A DNA stretch of 57,353 nucleotides from Craspedostauros australis (taxonomy: Eukaryota), in contig JALAGF010004837.1 in NCBI GenBank assembly GCA_030167865.1, positions 310,001-367,353 of the forward strand, written 5' to 3'. A model generated the notes under the pieces. That model searched no databases and was not told the origin of the DNA. It was given only the letters and a program-made list of their open reading frames with translations. Below are positions 35,225 to 46,700 of this stretch, piece by piece. Both the position numbers and the translations under genes were made by a program. Position 1 is the stretch's first letter; each line of letters starts with the position of its first letter.

Positions 35225-38200
35225 TTAAAATAGCGCGCTGCGGAATCGAACCACGGAGCCAGTCCACGCCCTGCATGAACACAAGAAATTAACGCTTATA
35301 ACCCATGTCGCGACACTCATGTGGTCCATGGCCGAAGTCTGCCGCATGAATGTCTTGACCATCGTGTGCGCTGCTGGTGTGTTCACTGACACCAAGTCAA
35401 AATCGATCTTCTTCTTTTTCTGATTTGCAAACTCGAAGGCCTTGCCTCCGATCGCGTTGTTCTTCCTGGATCTCCTCACCTGATCTTCGTCGATGTATTC
35501 GCCGCGCTTGCTGCGCAAGTCGGCGCACTTGGCCACAGCACCCCAGGCCTGATAGTACTCCATCGCCTTTGTGAAGTAGGGTCGTGCCATGCCCTGGATG
35601 TCGATGGTAGACCTCAACACGTGCTCGCCTGCCAGCTCACATGCCAGCCCAGCCTCGTTCAGCTGCCCTGCGCGTTCCGCAGCATCGATGGACTTGTCGT
35701 AGCAGTGTCGAATGTAGGTTGGCATGGAGTCGCTTGATTTGATCGACGCCCACTCTGCTCTCAGAAGCAGATAACGACTCATCACGGACTTACTTTGCGT
35801 GTTGCAGATCTTTTTGAGCTCTCGCTTCCTGTGCCTGAGTATCTTGACGAATTTCTGCTGCTTTGTTTGCCAGTATCTATTGGACGCCATCAAACCAATG
35901 AACAGGACTATGGGAGTGTGCGACGTGAAGTCAGGAGCATCGAGCTTGTCTACCATCATTCTGTCATAAAGGCTTTCCGCGAATTCGTACTTGCCAAAGT
36001 ACGTCGCAAGGTACATCCGATTCCAGAATGCTGCGAGCTTGAAGCGAAAGATGGCTTGTTCGTATTTGCTCCAGTCCATTCGTTCCTCCCAGTCGAGGGG
36101 AAGCTCCCCTGCCAGGTATCTGGCCACGCTGGTGTACTCTGTCACAGTTTGGACATGTGCCATCATCTTGTACATCCTCATCTGCTCGAAGACCAGGTCG
36201 ATGGCGGGCAGCAGACCAGGCAAGGGATGCCCTTGATTGAATGCGTGGAAGGTACAGCCATAGTGCGCCATGATCCCAACCTCAAACTCGCCCTTCGACA
36301 TGGCGGAGCTGTAGGCGTATTGGAAGGTGGATGATATTTCTGTCGGTGACTTTGAGTAGCTGTCGATGAAGGACACAGCCATGTAATGGACCACCCCCGC
36401 TTGCCTGTTCGTCTCGCCGACCTTGCGGATGACGGCCTTTGCCAGTTCGACGTAGCGGCATGCGTTCTTGTACTCCGTGAGCTTGTTGTGGATCATTGCG
36501 AATATCACGAGGGCGTATGCAGACTCTCCGCACATGCCTACCCGCCTCGTCATGTCCAGGAGGCGAGTCACGCTCAGAAGCCAGGCAGCGACGTCATGGC
36601 ACAAGAAGCTGCGGGCCGCGAGCTGTCGCAGCAAGTTCATGGACAGCAACGTTTGGGCGTCCGCGATGATGGGAGTGTTCTGAAGAAAGTCTTCATCGGA
36701 TGTGCGCCGGAAGTACGATCGCAATGACATCAACTGACGAAGGCCACGAGGTAGGATGCCGCGCTTTGGGTACACGTTGCAAAGCTGTGCGCATCTTCTG
36801 CTCATCTCGAAGGCCTTCTGGTGTTCCCCCTGCTTGGCGAGAGCTTTGGCCATGGCGGCGTACGTTGGCAGTTGATCTGCTAGCGACGTGGCATGCTTCA
36901 GCACCTCATCACCGATCGAATACCCTTGATCGAAATTGCCCAGCAGAAGCTCCACGTCACACCGTCCGCGTAGCAATCGGAGCGTGAGATCGTAGAAGTT
37001 CTGCCATGGGTCGGCCTTGAGCTTCCGAAGCGCAGTGGCTGCGACTTGTAGGTACGTCGCGGCTGGTACGAGGGCGGCCATCTGCAGCGCGTGCTCGCCG
37101 GTTTGGAGGTTCCGTTGCACGGTCCACAGATGATCCTTGCCGGGCACGCAGTTTAGGTGTTCGGTCGCGATGAACATAAGTCCCGTATCGTTCGCGATCG
37201 AGGTGTGTACCTCATCGTGCGCTGAACTGTCAGATCCCACCATGCTGGATGCCATGCCCGTACACAAATCCCACAGGCATTTGCCGATGCGGAGTCGAAG
37301 CTTGATGCGGGTCTCGCCGTATGGCACCAGGTCATGCGCCGCCTGTTGAATGCGGTCGTGTGCGAAGCGGTACGTGGTTGCACCGATTGAGTTGTGCAAT
37401 AGGCCTTCCAGCACGGCTTGTTCCAGTAGGTCGTAGAGTGGAAGTTCCGGCTGGTCCATACCGGCATTGATGCTGCTGCTCACGTCGTCGTTCTCGAGGA
37501 TTTCTTCGTGATTGCAGTTATGTTTCTTCTCGTACTCTAGCACAGCCTGAAGCAGGCTGGGATCGAAAGATGCTCGGATGTAAGCCGCTATGGCCAGCAT
37601 TCTTTGCAGCTGGGTTGGAAGTGCCCTTAGCTTGGAGGTGACGAGATGCAGAATGCCCCTCGAGTCGCCGCTGAGGGAGTTTCGGTTCGCATCGTTACCG
37701 GCATTGAGGTCGCCGTTGAGTTCCCACTGGAAGGAAATCCGGCTGTATGTCAGCACGTTGTTGCATTCCATATCCTGGAGTAGCTGCACCGCATGGAATA
37801 TGTTGCCTTTGGTGTGCCTAAAGAGATAATCGACAACCTTGTTGATCAAGGCGTTTGTATGCTCGTCGTGGTCGATATCGATAGCGTGACTTGTCATGTC
37901 CTGAGAAGCGTTTACATCGCCACTTTGGCAGAATAGTCGGGCCACCCAGTCATGGAGCTCCTGCCGGGTGAAGTTGGAAAGCTGGATGTTGGTGTATGGG
38001 AGCGGCACGTCTGTGGTCATATCGCCGCTGCGCATGGCAGCGGCCGATGGTTCCTGCGGCTGCCTCTGCCGCATCTCCCCCAGCAGCTTCATGAATGGCA
38101 GATCGTCGTCGGGGTCCAGCATCTCATCACTCGAGTGCGGATTGTGCTCCTGTCGGACGGTACCGAGCCAGAGAACGTGAGGCCGATGCACGATCGTGGA

Positions 38201-39478
38201 TATAAGGTTCATGCTGTCTTGAGATGCCCATTGCAGATCATCCAGTACCAGCACCAACGGGCATTCCTTCGATGAGATGATCGTCAGGAATTGGATGAAG
38301 GCGTACTGGAGTGTGTTCCATGCCGTGTCGTTGTCAGAGACTCTCGAAGGTCGTGAATCGGACTGGGACCGTCGTCGTGACAGCGATAGCAACTGCGATT
38401 CGGATCTGGATAGTACCGAGCCAACTCCTTCGTTGAATAGGACAGAGAAGGAGGGGACGAAGCTTTGCAGGAGCTGTTCCTGGTCTGACGTCATGTGGCT
38501 GGCCTTGACTCTCGCCCGCAATCGCTGCAGGTTTGCAGCCGCACGGTTCGCAGCACCGTTCTCCCGCGACACACCCTGCTGATCACCGGGTGTTCCATTC
38601 CTTCGATCTGATTCTGCCACAGACGCGGATGCTGCCAGTGCGGTGCACCAATCCGAGAATGCTTGAGTGATGGCCGAGTAGGGATCGTTCGTCTGATGCT
38701 GCTCGAACTTGCCCTTGATGATGTGAACGTTCACCCCCTTGCTCAGCTGGTCGTTGCTGAGGCGATTGCAGAACGCATCAATGAGATGAGACTTGCCCGT
38801 CCCGCTTCCACCCCAAAGGAAGGCGGCCGGGATGAATGACGAAGTCGTGTGACTGGTCGAATCGATGGCGACAGGATGGGCTGCGGCGGATGTTGGCGTT
38901 GATGTTTTCGTCAGCGTTTTGGAAGCGGATGCATCATCTTCGCTGCCTTTTCGCATCATGCGATCAAAGACCTGCTGCAGAATGGCCAGCTCCTTCTCTC
39001 TGCACTGTGCATCGGATGAATGAGCATTCCTGGCGCCGTTGACCTTCAAGAGAGTGCGAGGTACGTCAGTATTCAGCTCATTGTCGTTGTAACCATCGTC
39101 GTAGAACTTGTCGCCTGACGTTAGGACCGCCTCATGCATCACCGATGATGTCCTGCTCAGTCTCGCCGGAGGCGTCGATGCAGATTCCGCCGCGAAGTTG
39201 ATACTGACATTGGTGCTTGTGGTGCTGGTAGCACTTGTCGTCGTTGCTCCTCCTGACGAAAGCATGGATATCCTTGTGGTGTGGCAGGTGGCGTCTCCAA
39301 GTATGTCGACATGCTTGGTCTTCTCGACCAACGCTGGAGATTGACTGTTCACGTCTGTTGGTATCTGCACGCCATCATCGTTCATGTTCATGTTCATGTT
39401 CATGCTTGTGTTGTTTTTGGTATTGCCTTTGCCAGCCTTGCTATTGCCTTTACCTCTGCTTCGATTGCATCTGAACAT
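35225..39478 (-). CDS. STAND-class P-loop NTPase (AAA_16 / COG3899-like) with C-terminal helical/TPR-like region, 1417 aa, apparently intronless
   Basis: Walker A GGSGTGKS (38812-38789); KGKFEQ..PYSAITQAF; Walker B PLVLVLDDLQWA (~38257-38225); TKGNIFH; YRFAHDRIQQAA (~37370-37337); C-terminal YDKSIDAA..EAGLACELAG..YFTKAMEYYQAWGAVAK, all typical of the COG3899 family. Confidence 0.9.
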   Translation of the reverse strand: MFRCNRSRGKGNSKAGKGNTKNNTSMNMNMNMNDDGVQIPTDVNSQSPALVEKTKHVDILGDATCHTTRISMLSSGGATTTSATSTTSTNVSINFAAESASTPPARLSRTSSVMHEAVLTSGDKFYDDGYNDNELNTDVPRTLLKVNGARNAHSSDAQCREKELAILQQVFDRMMRKGSEDDASASKTLTKTSTPTSAAAHPVAIDSTSHTTSSFIPAAFLWGGSGTGKSHLIDAFCNRLSNDQLSKGVNVHIIKGKFEQHQTNDPYSAITQAFSDWCTALAASASVAESDRRNGTPGDQQGVSRENGAANRAAANLQRLRARVKASHMTSDQEQLLQSFVPSFSVLFNEGVGSVLSRSESQLLSLSRRRSQSDSRPSRVSDNDTAWNTLQYAFIQFLTIISSKECPLVLVLDDLQWASQDSMNLISTIVHRPHVLWLGTVRQEHNPHSSDEMLDPDDDLPFMKLLGEMRQRQPQEPSAAAMRSGDMTTDVPLPYTNIQLSNFTRQELHDWVARLFCQSGDVNASQDMTSHAIDIDHDEHTNALINKVVDYLFRHTKGNIFHAVQLLQDMECNNVLTYSRISFQWELNGDLNAGNDANRNSLSGDSRGILHLVTSKLRALPTQLQRMLAIAAYIRASFDPSLLQAVLEYEKKHNCNHEEILENDDVSSSINAGMDQPELPLYDLLEQAVLEGLLHNSIGATTYRFAHDRIQQAAHDLVPYGETRIKLRLRIGKCLWDLCTGMASSMVGSDSSAHDEVHTSIANDTGLMFIATEHLNCVPGKDHLWTVQRNLQTGEHALQMAALVPAATYLQVAATALRKLKADPWQNFYDLTLRLLRGRCDVELLLGNFDQGYSIGDEVLKHATSLADQLPTYAAMAKALAKQGEHQKAFEMSRRCAQLCNVYPKRGILPRGLRQLMSLRSYFRRTSDEDFLQNTPIIADAQTLLSMNLLRQLAARSFLCHDVAAWLLSVTRLLDMTRRVGMCGESAYALVIFAMIHNKLTEYKNACRYVELAKAVIRKVGETNRQAGVVHYMAVSFIDSYSKSPTEISSTFQYAYSSAMSKGEFEVGIMAHYGCTFHAFNQGHPLPGLLPAIDLVFEQMRMYKMMAHVQTVTEYTSVARYLAGELPLDWEERMDWSKYEQAIFRFKLAAFWNRMYLATYFGKYEFAESLYDRMMVDKLDAPDFTSHTPIVLFIGLMASNRYWQTKQQKFVKILRHRKRELKKICNTQSKSVMSRYLLLRAEWASIKSSDSMPTYIRHCYDKSIDAAERAGQLNEAGLACELAGEHVLRSTIDIQGMARPYFTKAMEYYQAWGAVAKCADLRSKRGEYIDEDQVRRSRKNNAIGGKAFEFANQKKKKIDFDLVSVNTPAAHTMVKTFMRQTSAMDHMSVATWVISVNFLCSCRAWTGSVVRFRSALF

Positions 39479-40977
39479 GATAGCGACTTCCTCGAGCTGA
39501 TTTTGTGTGGCCGATGGCTGATGGTTGGAGAGAGTGCTACTGCAAGTATTCAGGTCGGAAGGATGAATTGATTATGTGACCATGCGTACGGCAACGCGCT
39601 TTCACAGGATGAAGCTGTACGAACTAGCTCATTGACCCTGATTGACAATTCCAGGCGCAGCCCATTCTCAGGGAAAGTGTATCGTTTGCCTTCATTGGTA
39701 CTGGTAGGCCCATTTGCGCTCTTGGGCACCAACGCACTGCCAGCACGGTGTGATGATCGGAGGAAGGAAAGGGGAGACGGAAAGAGCGCACAAGCGCTGC
39801 TTGGCTTATTTTGGTTTCTGTGAATGGGTGCCTCCTTGTACTCGTCCTCGTCCTCGTACCCGAAGTAGTCGTGCAGGTCTGAAGCCTCAACAGTCCAGTC
39901 GAGAACCCACGCGGCAAATCTGCCGAAGTGGCCAGGTCAACGGCGAATGCCATTCATCTTGTTTTCACGAATAAGTGTGACGCCTCCTGCTCACATCTAT
40001 GGTGGAAGCTTGGTGATCCCGCCGCGAGGTGAAAGTCTCCGTCGACAAGCACCACCAAAGGTCTTCGTGTTGGCACAAGCGCAAACTCCATCCTCCTTTC
40101 CATGGTGACGTCGATGCGCTTCCTCCTCACACAACAACTCTGTGCTCTGGTTTGGCTTGTCCAGTACCTCTTGGCTGGCACAGGTAGTACCTCAATTTGG
40201 GCTGGATCTTCGTCAGCGTTCACATCCACAAGGACATGCCGACCAGCGCAAACCACATCCTTCCTCCCTTCTCCAAGGATCGATGCCCATGCTGATTGTA
40301 TTTGCAGGGTGGGTGGATTGGACGACGCACCCGTGTCTCACACCGGTATTTGTGCGCATGAATAGTACCGCTGCTCGGATCAGACCCATGTCGAACCGAT
40401 TAAATGGAGAGCATGTTCGCTCCAATCGGGATGCAAACGAATGCTTGTGGCATGTTTGTATGTCATCCCCTATCAATTGGTCGTAGATGGAGCACTGTTT
40501 TCGCAATCTGCGGCCCCGATGCTTTCCGGGCCATGATCTGTCTGCGTCAAATGTGTTGCTAGCATTATCGCAAGCAATCCGCCAACACCACCGAATTCCG
40601 AAAAAGATTCGTTTGGGCTGGTGCTTCGCGATGCCATTCTCGTGCGTCATCCACTTCACTTGATTCGGCTGTCCCACTGAGACATCCGTTTTCCAAGAGC
40701 GATGCAGGGCTCAATTCTGTTGTTGCGAAACGCTGTATCCCGGTGGCGGTGGTGTTGTGTGTTGTTGGTTGTGTTGGTGGTTGCGTTCACGACTGCTCTG
40801 CTCAGCGTTTCGGCACAGTGTTGTTGAATGCGATGAGCACCACAGAGACGAACAAGATGGTGTCTGCGTGATGGTGGCATTTCGAGGACAGAACAAGTCC
40901 TTGTCGCTGTTGTCGTCCTGTCTGTGTGGCGGTCAATACAGTTGAGCTGTCTGTTTATCAGTTGTTGAGAAAACTAT

Positions 40978-41027
40978 TGTCTGTCTGTCTGTCTGTCTGT
41001 CCGTCGAATTGTATGTGTGTGTGTGTG
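40978..41027 (+). repeat. (TGTC)6 and (TG)n microsatellites
   Basis: Directly visible downstream of the GT60 gene. Confidence 0.85.
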
Positions 41028-41108
41028 CCAACTTGCGCAGATTGAGATGAACCCACTCTCCTCGTCATCCCTGAATCTCGACCACTGCGTGCTATTCTCG
41101 AGGGGGAC

Positions 41109-41130
41109 AATAGTAGAGCGCTCTACTATT
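41109..41130. repeat. Perfect 22-bp palindrome AATAGTAGAGCGCTCTACTATT
   Basis: The sequence equals its own reverse complement; it lies 2 nt past the TAG stop of the GT60 gene. Confidence 0.95.
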
Positions 41131-41132
41131 CT

Positions 41133-43148
41133 CTAATTCGCCTTGGCACCTTCGTACAGATGCGAATACTGCTGGAAGCCAGGTGGGACCTTGCCCTGCT
41201 CGCACCAATTCGTCATGGTGATCTCCTTGGAGACGACGTCGATGCCGACCATTTGCAGATAGCGTTCCAATGGTCGCTGCTTGCCCATGGAGTACTGCTC
41301 GACCGCGGTCAGGATGCTCTTGTGACCCAGCATATCTCTTGATGATTCAGGATACCCGAGCTGGTACTTGATGCGATCCAGGACCATCATCTGCAACGGG
41401 TTGTGGATGCCGTAGCTGAACGTTCGATGGACGGACTCCCAGAACTTGGGCTTGTGCCGCCGGACGTAGATGTGGCCGACGACAGAGCGGGACGGTGAGA
41501 AGATATCGTACCCAGATGTCCATAGTCTTGTTGACATGATGATTTCTTCTCCCATGAAGATCCTACGCCACCGCAGGATGAGATTGTTTTGGGGACCACG
41601 CAGCAAATCCAGAAATGACTCGAAGCAAAGTGCAGGCAGAGTGTGGACAGGGTGATTGGTCAGAAGCGAAGGCTGCACGAAATGAACATAAAACACGAAA
41701 TGCACAAACACAGTCGTATCACCCCCGAATAGAGTCGAGTAGAGTGTACTTGATGATGCATTTCATCCATGTCGGAGTGGCAGGATGCGATGCGATGCAA
41801 CGTACCAAGGCAGGAACGGATCGAACGGGACCTCCCGCAGGAAATCCGAATGTGCCACGAAGTATCCAGCTGCCGTGAACGGGGCAAAGCGAGGCGTGTC
41901 GAGATGAACCTTGTCCCACTTGAGCCCACCTTCCAACCGGACGATCTGCGACTCCAAATCGCTGTTGGCAAAGATTGGTCCACAGAGACGGCTGCCCGGC
42001 TCGTTTGCCATGGCATCGAGGTCAGCCTGCGCACCAGGCGGGTAATGCGACAGCACTGGCTTCTCCGACGGCGCTGCCTTGAGCATCTCGATGCTCGCCT
42101 CATCCCAGTGCGTCGCGAACGTCATGTGGGCATCGATTTGCATGTACCATTGCTCGCCGTACCACAGCTTAGAGGCGAAGTATCGAGCGGCGTAAGGGCC
42201 CAGGGATTCGGATTCGTCGATCTCCAAATTACGAATCTGATCGTTCTCGCAGTAAGGCTTTCCTTCCTCCGTATCGCAAAATGCGTCGTAGCAGTTGTCA
42301 TCAGGTTCGACGTCCTCAATGACCCCTCCTTCCAAGACACCCGAGCGGCAGTTCTCCCTGCAGTTCTGCTGCACCAAACCGACGAAGAGCTTGTCCGGAT
42401 TCTTCGCCTTCTTGTACGCCTGGCTGATGGTGTTGAAGCAATTCTCGTCACGGTAAGTGGCGATGCTCATGAAGATGCTGCCATCGTCGCGGCGCTTGGG
42501 CATCCGCGAGAGGTACTGGCGGTCCCACGGATACAGCGTCTTGACGGTGAGGTCGTGGTAGGCCTGCCAGACCCCGTCGTAGGTGGCATGCTTGGCACGC
42601 GCCAACGTCTTGTGCAGGACGTGGATCCAATCGTCGAGGAACTGGATGATCTCCTCCAATTCCATGGGCGGCTTGTCGATTCCAGCCGCGTCCCCGCTAT
42701 CTTCTCCCATCACGCTGAGGGAGTACTTGGCACCGTGCAGAATCTCCTCGACGGTCTCGTCCCCCGTCCGGACCTCCTTCAAACGCTCTCCAACGATCTC
42801 GTGATTCTCCCGCAGCTCCTTCAACCGCGGTGGCATGTGCGCGGTGGTGAGGGTGTCCAACGCCTTCGCCAGCTCGTTCCTGCGCTTCGTGACCGTCTTC
42901 CTGAGACGCTGACGCGCCAGGCGCATCTCGCTGCCCAAATTCAAACCGATGTCCTTCACGTCGATGGTCACGTTGCCATTCTGCAGCGGGATGAGGATCT
43001 TGCCGTTGGGATCGGGCACGACCATCACGTACATGACCAACGAGAGGGCCGCGAAGAAGATGACCATCGTGAACAGCAGCCTCACGGAGGTCTGCACGAT
43101 GCCAGGCCGCCCTGACGACGACGAAGACGATGCTGATGGTGCCACCAT
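41133..43148 (-). CDS. GT60-family GlcNAc transferase (Skp1-hydroxyproline GlcNAc-transferase-like), type II membrane form, 590 aa, 2 exons
   Basis: Exons 43148-41806 and 41562-41133 (TG|GTACGT ... TAG|G, in frame). SIFMSIATYRD, LFVGLVQQN, GPYAARYFASKLWYGEQWYMQIDAHMTF..WD, VLSHYPP, AAGYF..EVPFDPFLPWIFMGEEI..RLWTSGYDIFSP. N-terminal TM helix LLFTMVIFFAALSLVMYVMVV. Confidence 0.92.
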
Positions 43149-43764
43149 GATGACTTGATCAACCAACGTGCTTGCCGAGAGTGGAGTATGGACGAGTCGA
43201 GGATTAGTAGATCAGAGTAGAGGAGAGGAGAGTGGAGTGGAGTATGTAACACAATGCCCACGCTCAATCAACGGATCTCTTTCTTCTGTTAATGTTCGTG
43301 TTGGTGTTGCCGTCGCTCACGAGAAACACAGGATACGGCGCGCCATTTGTGACCGTCATGGTCGGTTCGTTGGGGTTTCGTTTCTGCGCGAACAATGTCC
43401 CTTGTGTCGACTGAAACGACCAAACGAGACCATTCGACTCGCAGGACCTCCGCTAAGAGATTGTAATTCTCCCTCAACTCCCACACGATAAATCGCAAGA
43501 ATCGAGAAATGACACGCGATCGTGGTGGGAGTTGTTGCTCGATGCAATGATCGTCAGGAATTGCTGAGAGACATCGCTAAGAAACGCAGCCAACAGCATT
43601 GGCAATAATCAGCTAGCTGCGAAGTGGACTCTGCTGCAAAGCGCAAAGGCAAACGTTCGATTCTCTCTCACAATCCTGGACGCAACAGATACGTCCGACA
43701 CACTCAATGGGCTGGAATCGGTGAGGTCAACATTCTCCAGTCAAACAAAGTCAAAGTCAGCACA

Positions 43765-46700
43765 ATGCGCAACATGGCGGATCCTGGCACAAAGGGAAAG
43801 ACAGACGACAAGGAGGAGAAATCACCTGCTGAAGAGTCGGAGAAGGATGAGCTGGGGGAGGAGGGGATCATCTCCTTCGGCCTGGGCGGCGATGATGGTG
43901 ACGACGACGAGCTTGCGGACTTGTTCTCGTTCGGCGCGGGTGCGGGAGGAGGCGCTGCATCATCCTCTGCAGCGGATGGCGACATGGACTACATGGCCAT
44001 GATGGCCAGCGTGATGCCGCTTCCCAGGACGCAGCAGGAGATCCACGACGACATCTTTGATGACATTGACACGGACGCACCCGCAAAGGATGGCCCGAAG
44101 AAGGAGATCAAGATTGGTGACAAGGAGCAGCAGGAGATCTTGGCCTGGCTGGACGAGGATGACAGCTCCGACCTGCTGAACGAGAATGAAGAGACGGACT
44201 TCAATCCTCCCACGCGCGCGAAACCGACCCCTGCAGTTGTCAAGGAACCGCCAGCTCCGGAGGAACCACAGTTCAAGACGTTGGACGAAGCCCTGGTCTC
44301 CACGAAGGTCTCTGCTGATCAGATTCGCAAACTCTTGCGGAAGGAGAAGTATAGCATCAAAACGAGCCTGCGGCCAAACCTTTGGTGCCACCTCGTCCTC
44401 GGCAAGTCGTTGGAAGAAGCAGCGAGCAGCAAGGACATGGAGAGATTTCAACAGTGGGAGGCGAAGTCGAAGGTCTCCGATGAAGAAGCCGATGCGAAAG
44501 TCGCAGGGTGGGTCAAGGAACGCTCCAAGGCGCTATCAGGTCGCGTCGCAGATATCACGAAGGGCGATGCCAGATTGTGCGAAGAGGCACTATGCTCCAT
44601 CATCATGTATCAGATCAGCATCAAGCGCAAATTGAAGTTGATACTCGATGCCAAGGGCGGCGATGCTTCTGCTGCTGCTGCTGCCACCGATGGTGACGAT
44701 GACGAGAATCAGAGCCTGTCCCAGAAGCTCCTGGATCCGATCTTGCCACCGGTCGCTGCTGCCATCCTATCGACGGGAGTTGCGAAGCCTATTGCTGCTG
44801 GCATCCTGAGGACGACCATCCGGGATCTATGCCCTCTCATGGCACTGACGCCCGAAGAAAGAGCAACCTCGTGTCAGAAGCTCAAGCGGGAGTTCTACCT
44901 TCTGGCTGAATACCACGTCCCGCTCCTTTGCTTCCATCTGGATCGGTACATGCCACAATGGTGTGACTGGACGGCATTGCCGACGTCGGCAGAGGCAGGG
45001 ACCATCCCCGCCAGTTGGATCTGCTCCAATTTCTGTGGCGATTGCAGAGGGACCAAAGAGGCGGTGATGGACTCGCGACATCTCATCCATCTGTGGGATG
45101 CTTTGCTGTCCACCAAAAAGCCGATGCTGCATTACTTCCTCACCTTGGCGGTCCTTGAATCGAATGCGGAGCGCTTGCTGCTGCTGACGGGCGACGACCT
45201 CCGAGCTGCGATGGTGGCCATCACTGAATTCAATGACGCGAACGTGGATGGGTTTGCAATCGAAACCGGTGACAACACAAGCGAAGTCATAGCATGGGTG
45301 CAGGACTGGGTGCAACGGGCAACTGCAATTCTGGAGGCAACGCCGTCGTCTCTCATGCAATCGATGAGCGAACTCACGCAGACGGTCGTGATGGAGTGCC
45401 TCACCAAGCGCAAGGCTGATTTCGACGAGCACAAGAAGCAGCAGGAAGAAGCGATGGCCAAGGCCCAGCAGGATGCCATCGACGCGGAACGTGAACGCAA
45501 GGCTGACGAGGCCCGATTGCGGCTAACGCGAGCGAGGTTGGTCGCATTCTACAGACAGTACAATCCTGGAAAGGAAAACAACATCGAGAAGATCATGACA
45601 GCCTATGAGGGACGTTACGAAGTGCTCGACGCAAAGCTCAAGTCGAAGTACGGTGTCGGGTTCAACCCCGCGCTGAAGCCCAAGGTTGTACCAAAGGCAG
45701 CACCAACCAGCACCCTGCTCTCATCCATGAATCAAGGCATCACAAACCGGCGGAAGAACTTCTTTTCGGGCAAGCGACGCGACGATGATGCCTTTGTCAT
45801 CCCCGAGAACGAAAAGGTCAAGTGTGCTGTGGCAACTGTTGCGGCTGCCGAGGTGCTCAAGTCCACGTGCTGGAGCAAGCAAGCGGCTGCTGCCAGCATG
45901 AAGAAGACTGCAACGCCATCATCGTCGTCGCTGTCGTCGTCGACATCATCGATGTCGTTGCCAGGCGACGACGGTGATGAACGCGTGCCATTGAAGTACT
46001 ACCTCATCGATTGCCGTCCAGAACAGGCGTCTCAGGATCAAGGTCGATTCCCAACGGCCATGGCGCTGCCCCCGGACACTTTTCTGGACGCCGATTTGCT
46101 GCAGAAGCAGGAGGAGATGATTGAGCCTCTGCGTGGAACCGTGCATATCGTGATTATGGGAGAAGGGTACAAGACCCTGCCAAACCTGTACGGGCAGAAG
46201 ATGACGCAAGGACTTCACGAGTACATCAAGGAGGATGAGTCACGGAACAATCTCTGCGCCCTCTTCTTCGTCAAGAAGGGCTTTCCCTTCGTCAGCATCA
46301 TGGAGGGAGGTTTCGCCGCGGCCCACGCGTGGTTGCGCCGAGACGGGGCGGAGTTCCACCTCAGGGCAAACAACGTGCTCACCGACTACAATCCATCAGT
46401 CTCGCTCTTTGGGCAGTTGGAAGCCTTGTACGAGCAGCAGCAAGAATTGGCAAATGCATCCGCGAAGGCAAAGACACAGAGGGCGATCCAGAATCTGTTC
46501 GATTCCAGTATGGTTGCCCTCACGAAGGGTGTCAAGAACGTCGAAAGTCGTGGATCCAGCGCCGATGCTACCGACGGACTCGCAAACATACAGACATCTA
46601 TGGTGAACAAATTCTTCCGTCACCAAGGGGGGAAAGACGCGGACAGCCTCAAGAACAAGAACAGGAACAGCAAGGACCTCGGTGATGCCAAGACGGCCCC

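Noticed and set aside
39480-41100. 1.6-kb gap with several 60-150 aa ORFs
   Set aside because: No codon bias or domain signal; consistent with promoter and UTR sequence.
41769-43115. 448-aa ORF antisense to the GT60 gene (similar shadows at 110-826, 7026-7871, 16010-16735, 56434-57153)
   Set aside because: Antisense shadows of strongly codon-biased genes; no motifs, and the opposite strand carries a clear conserved protein.
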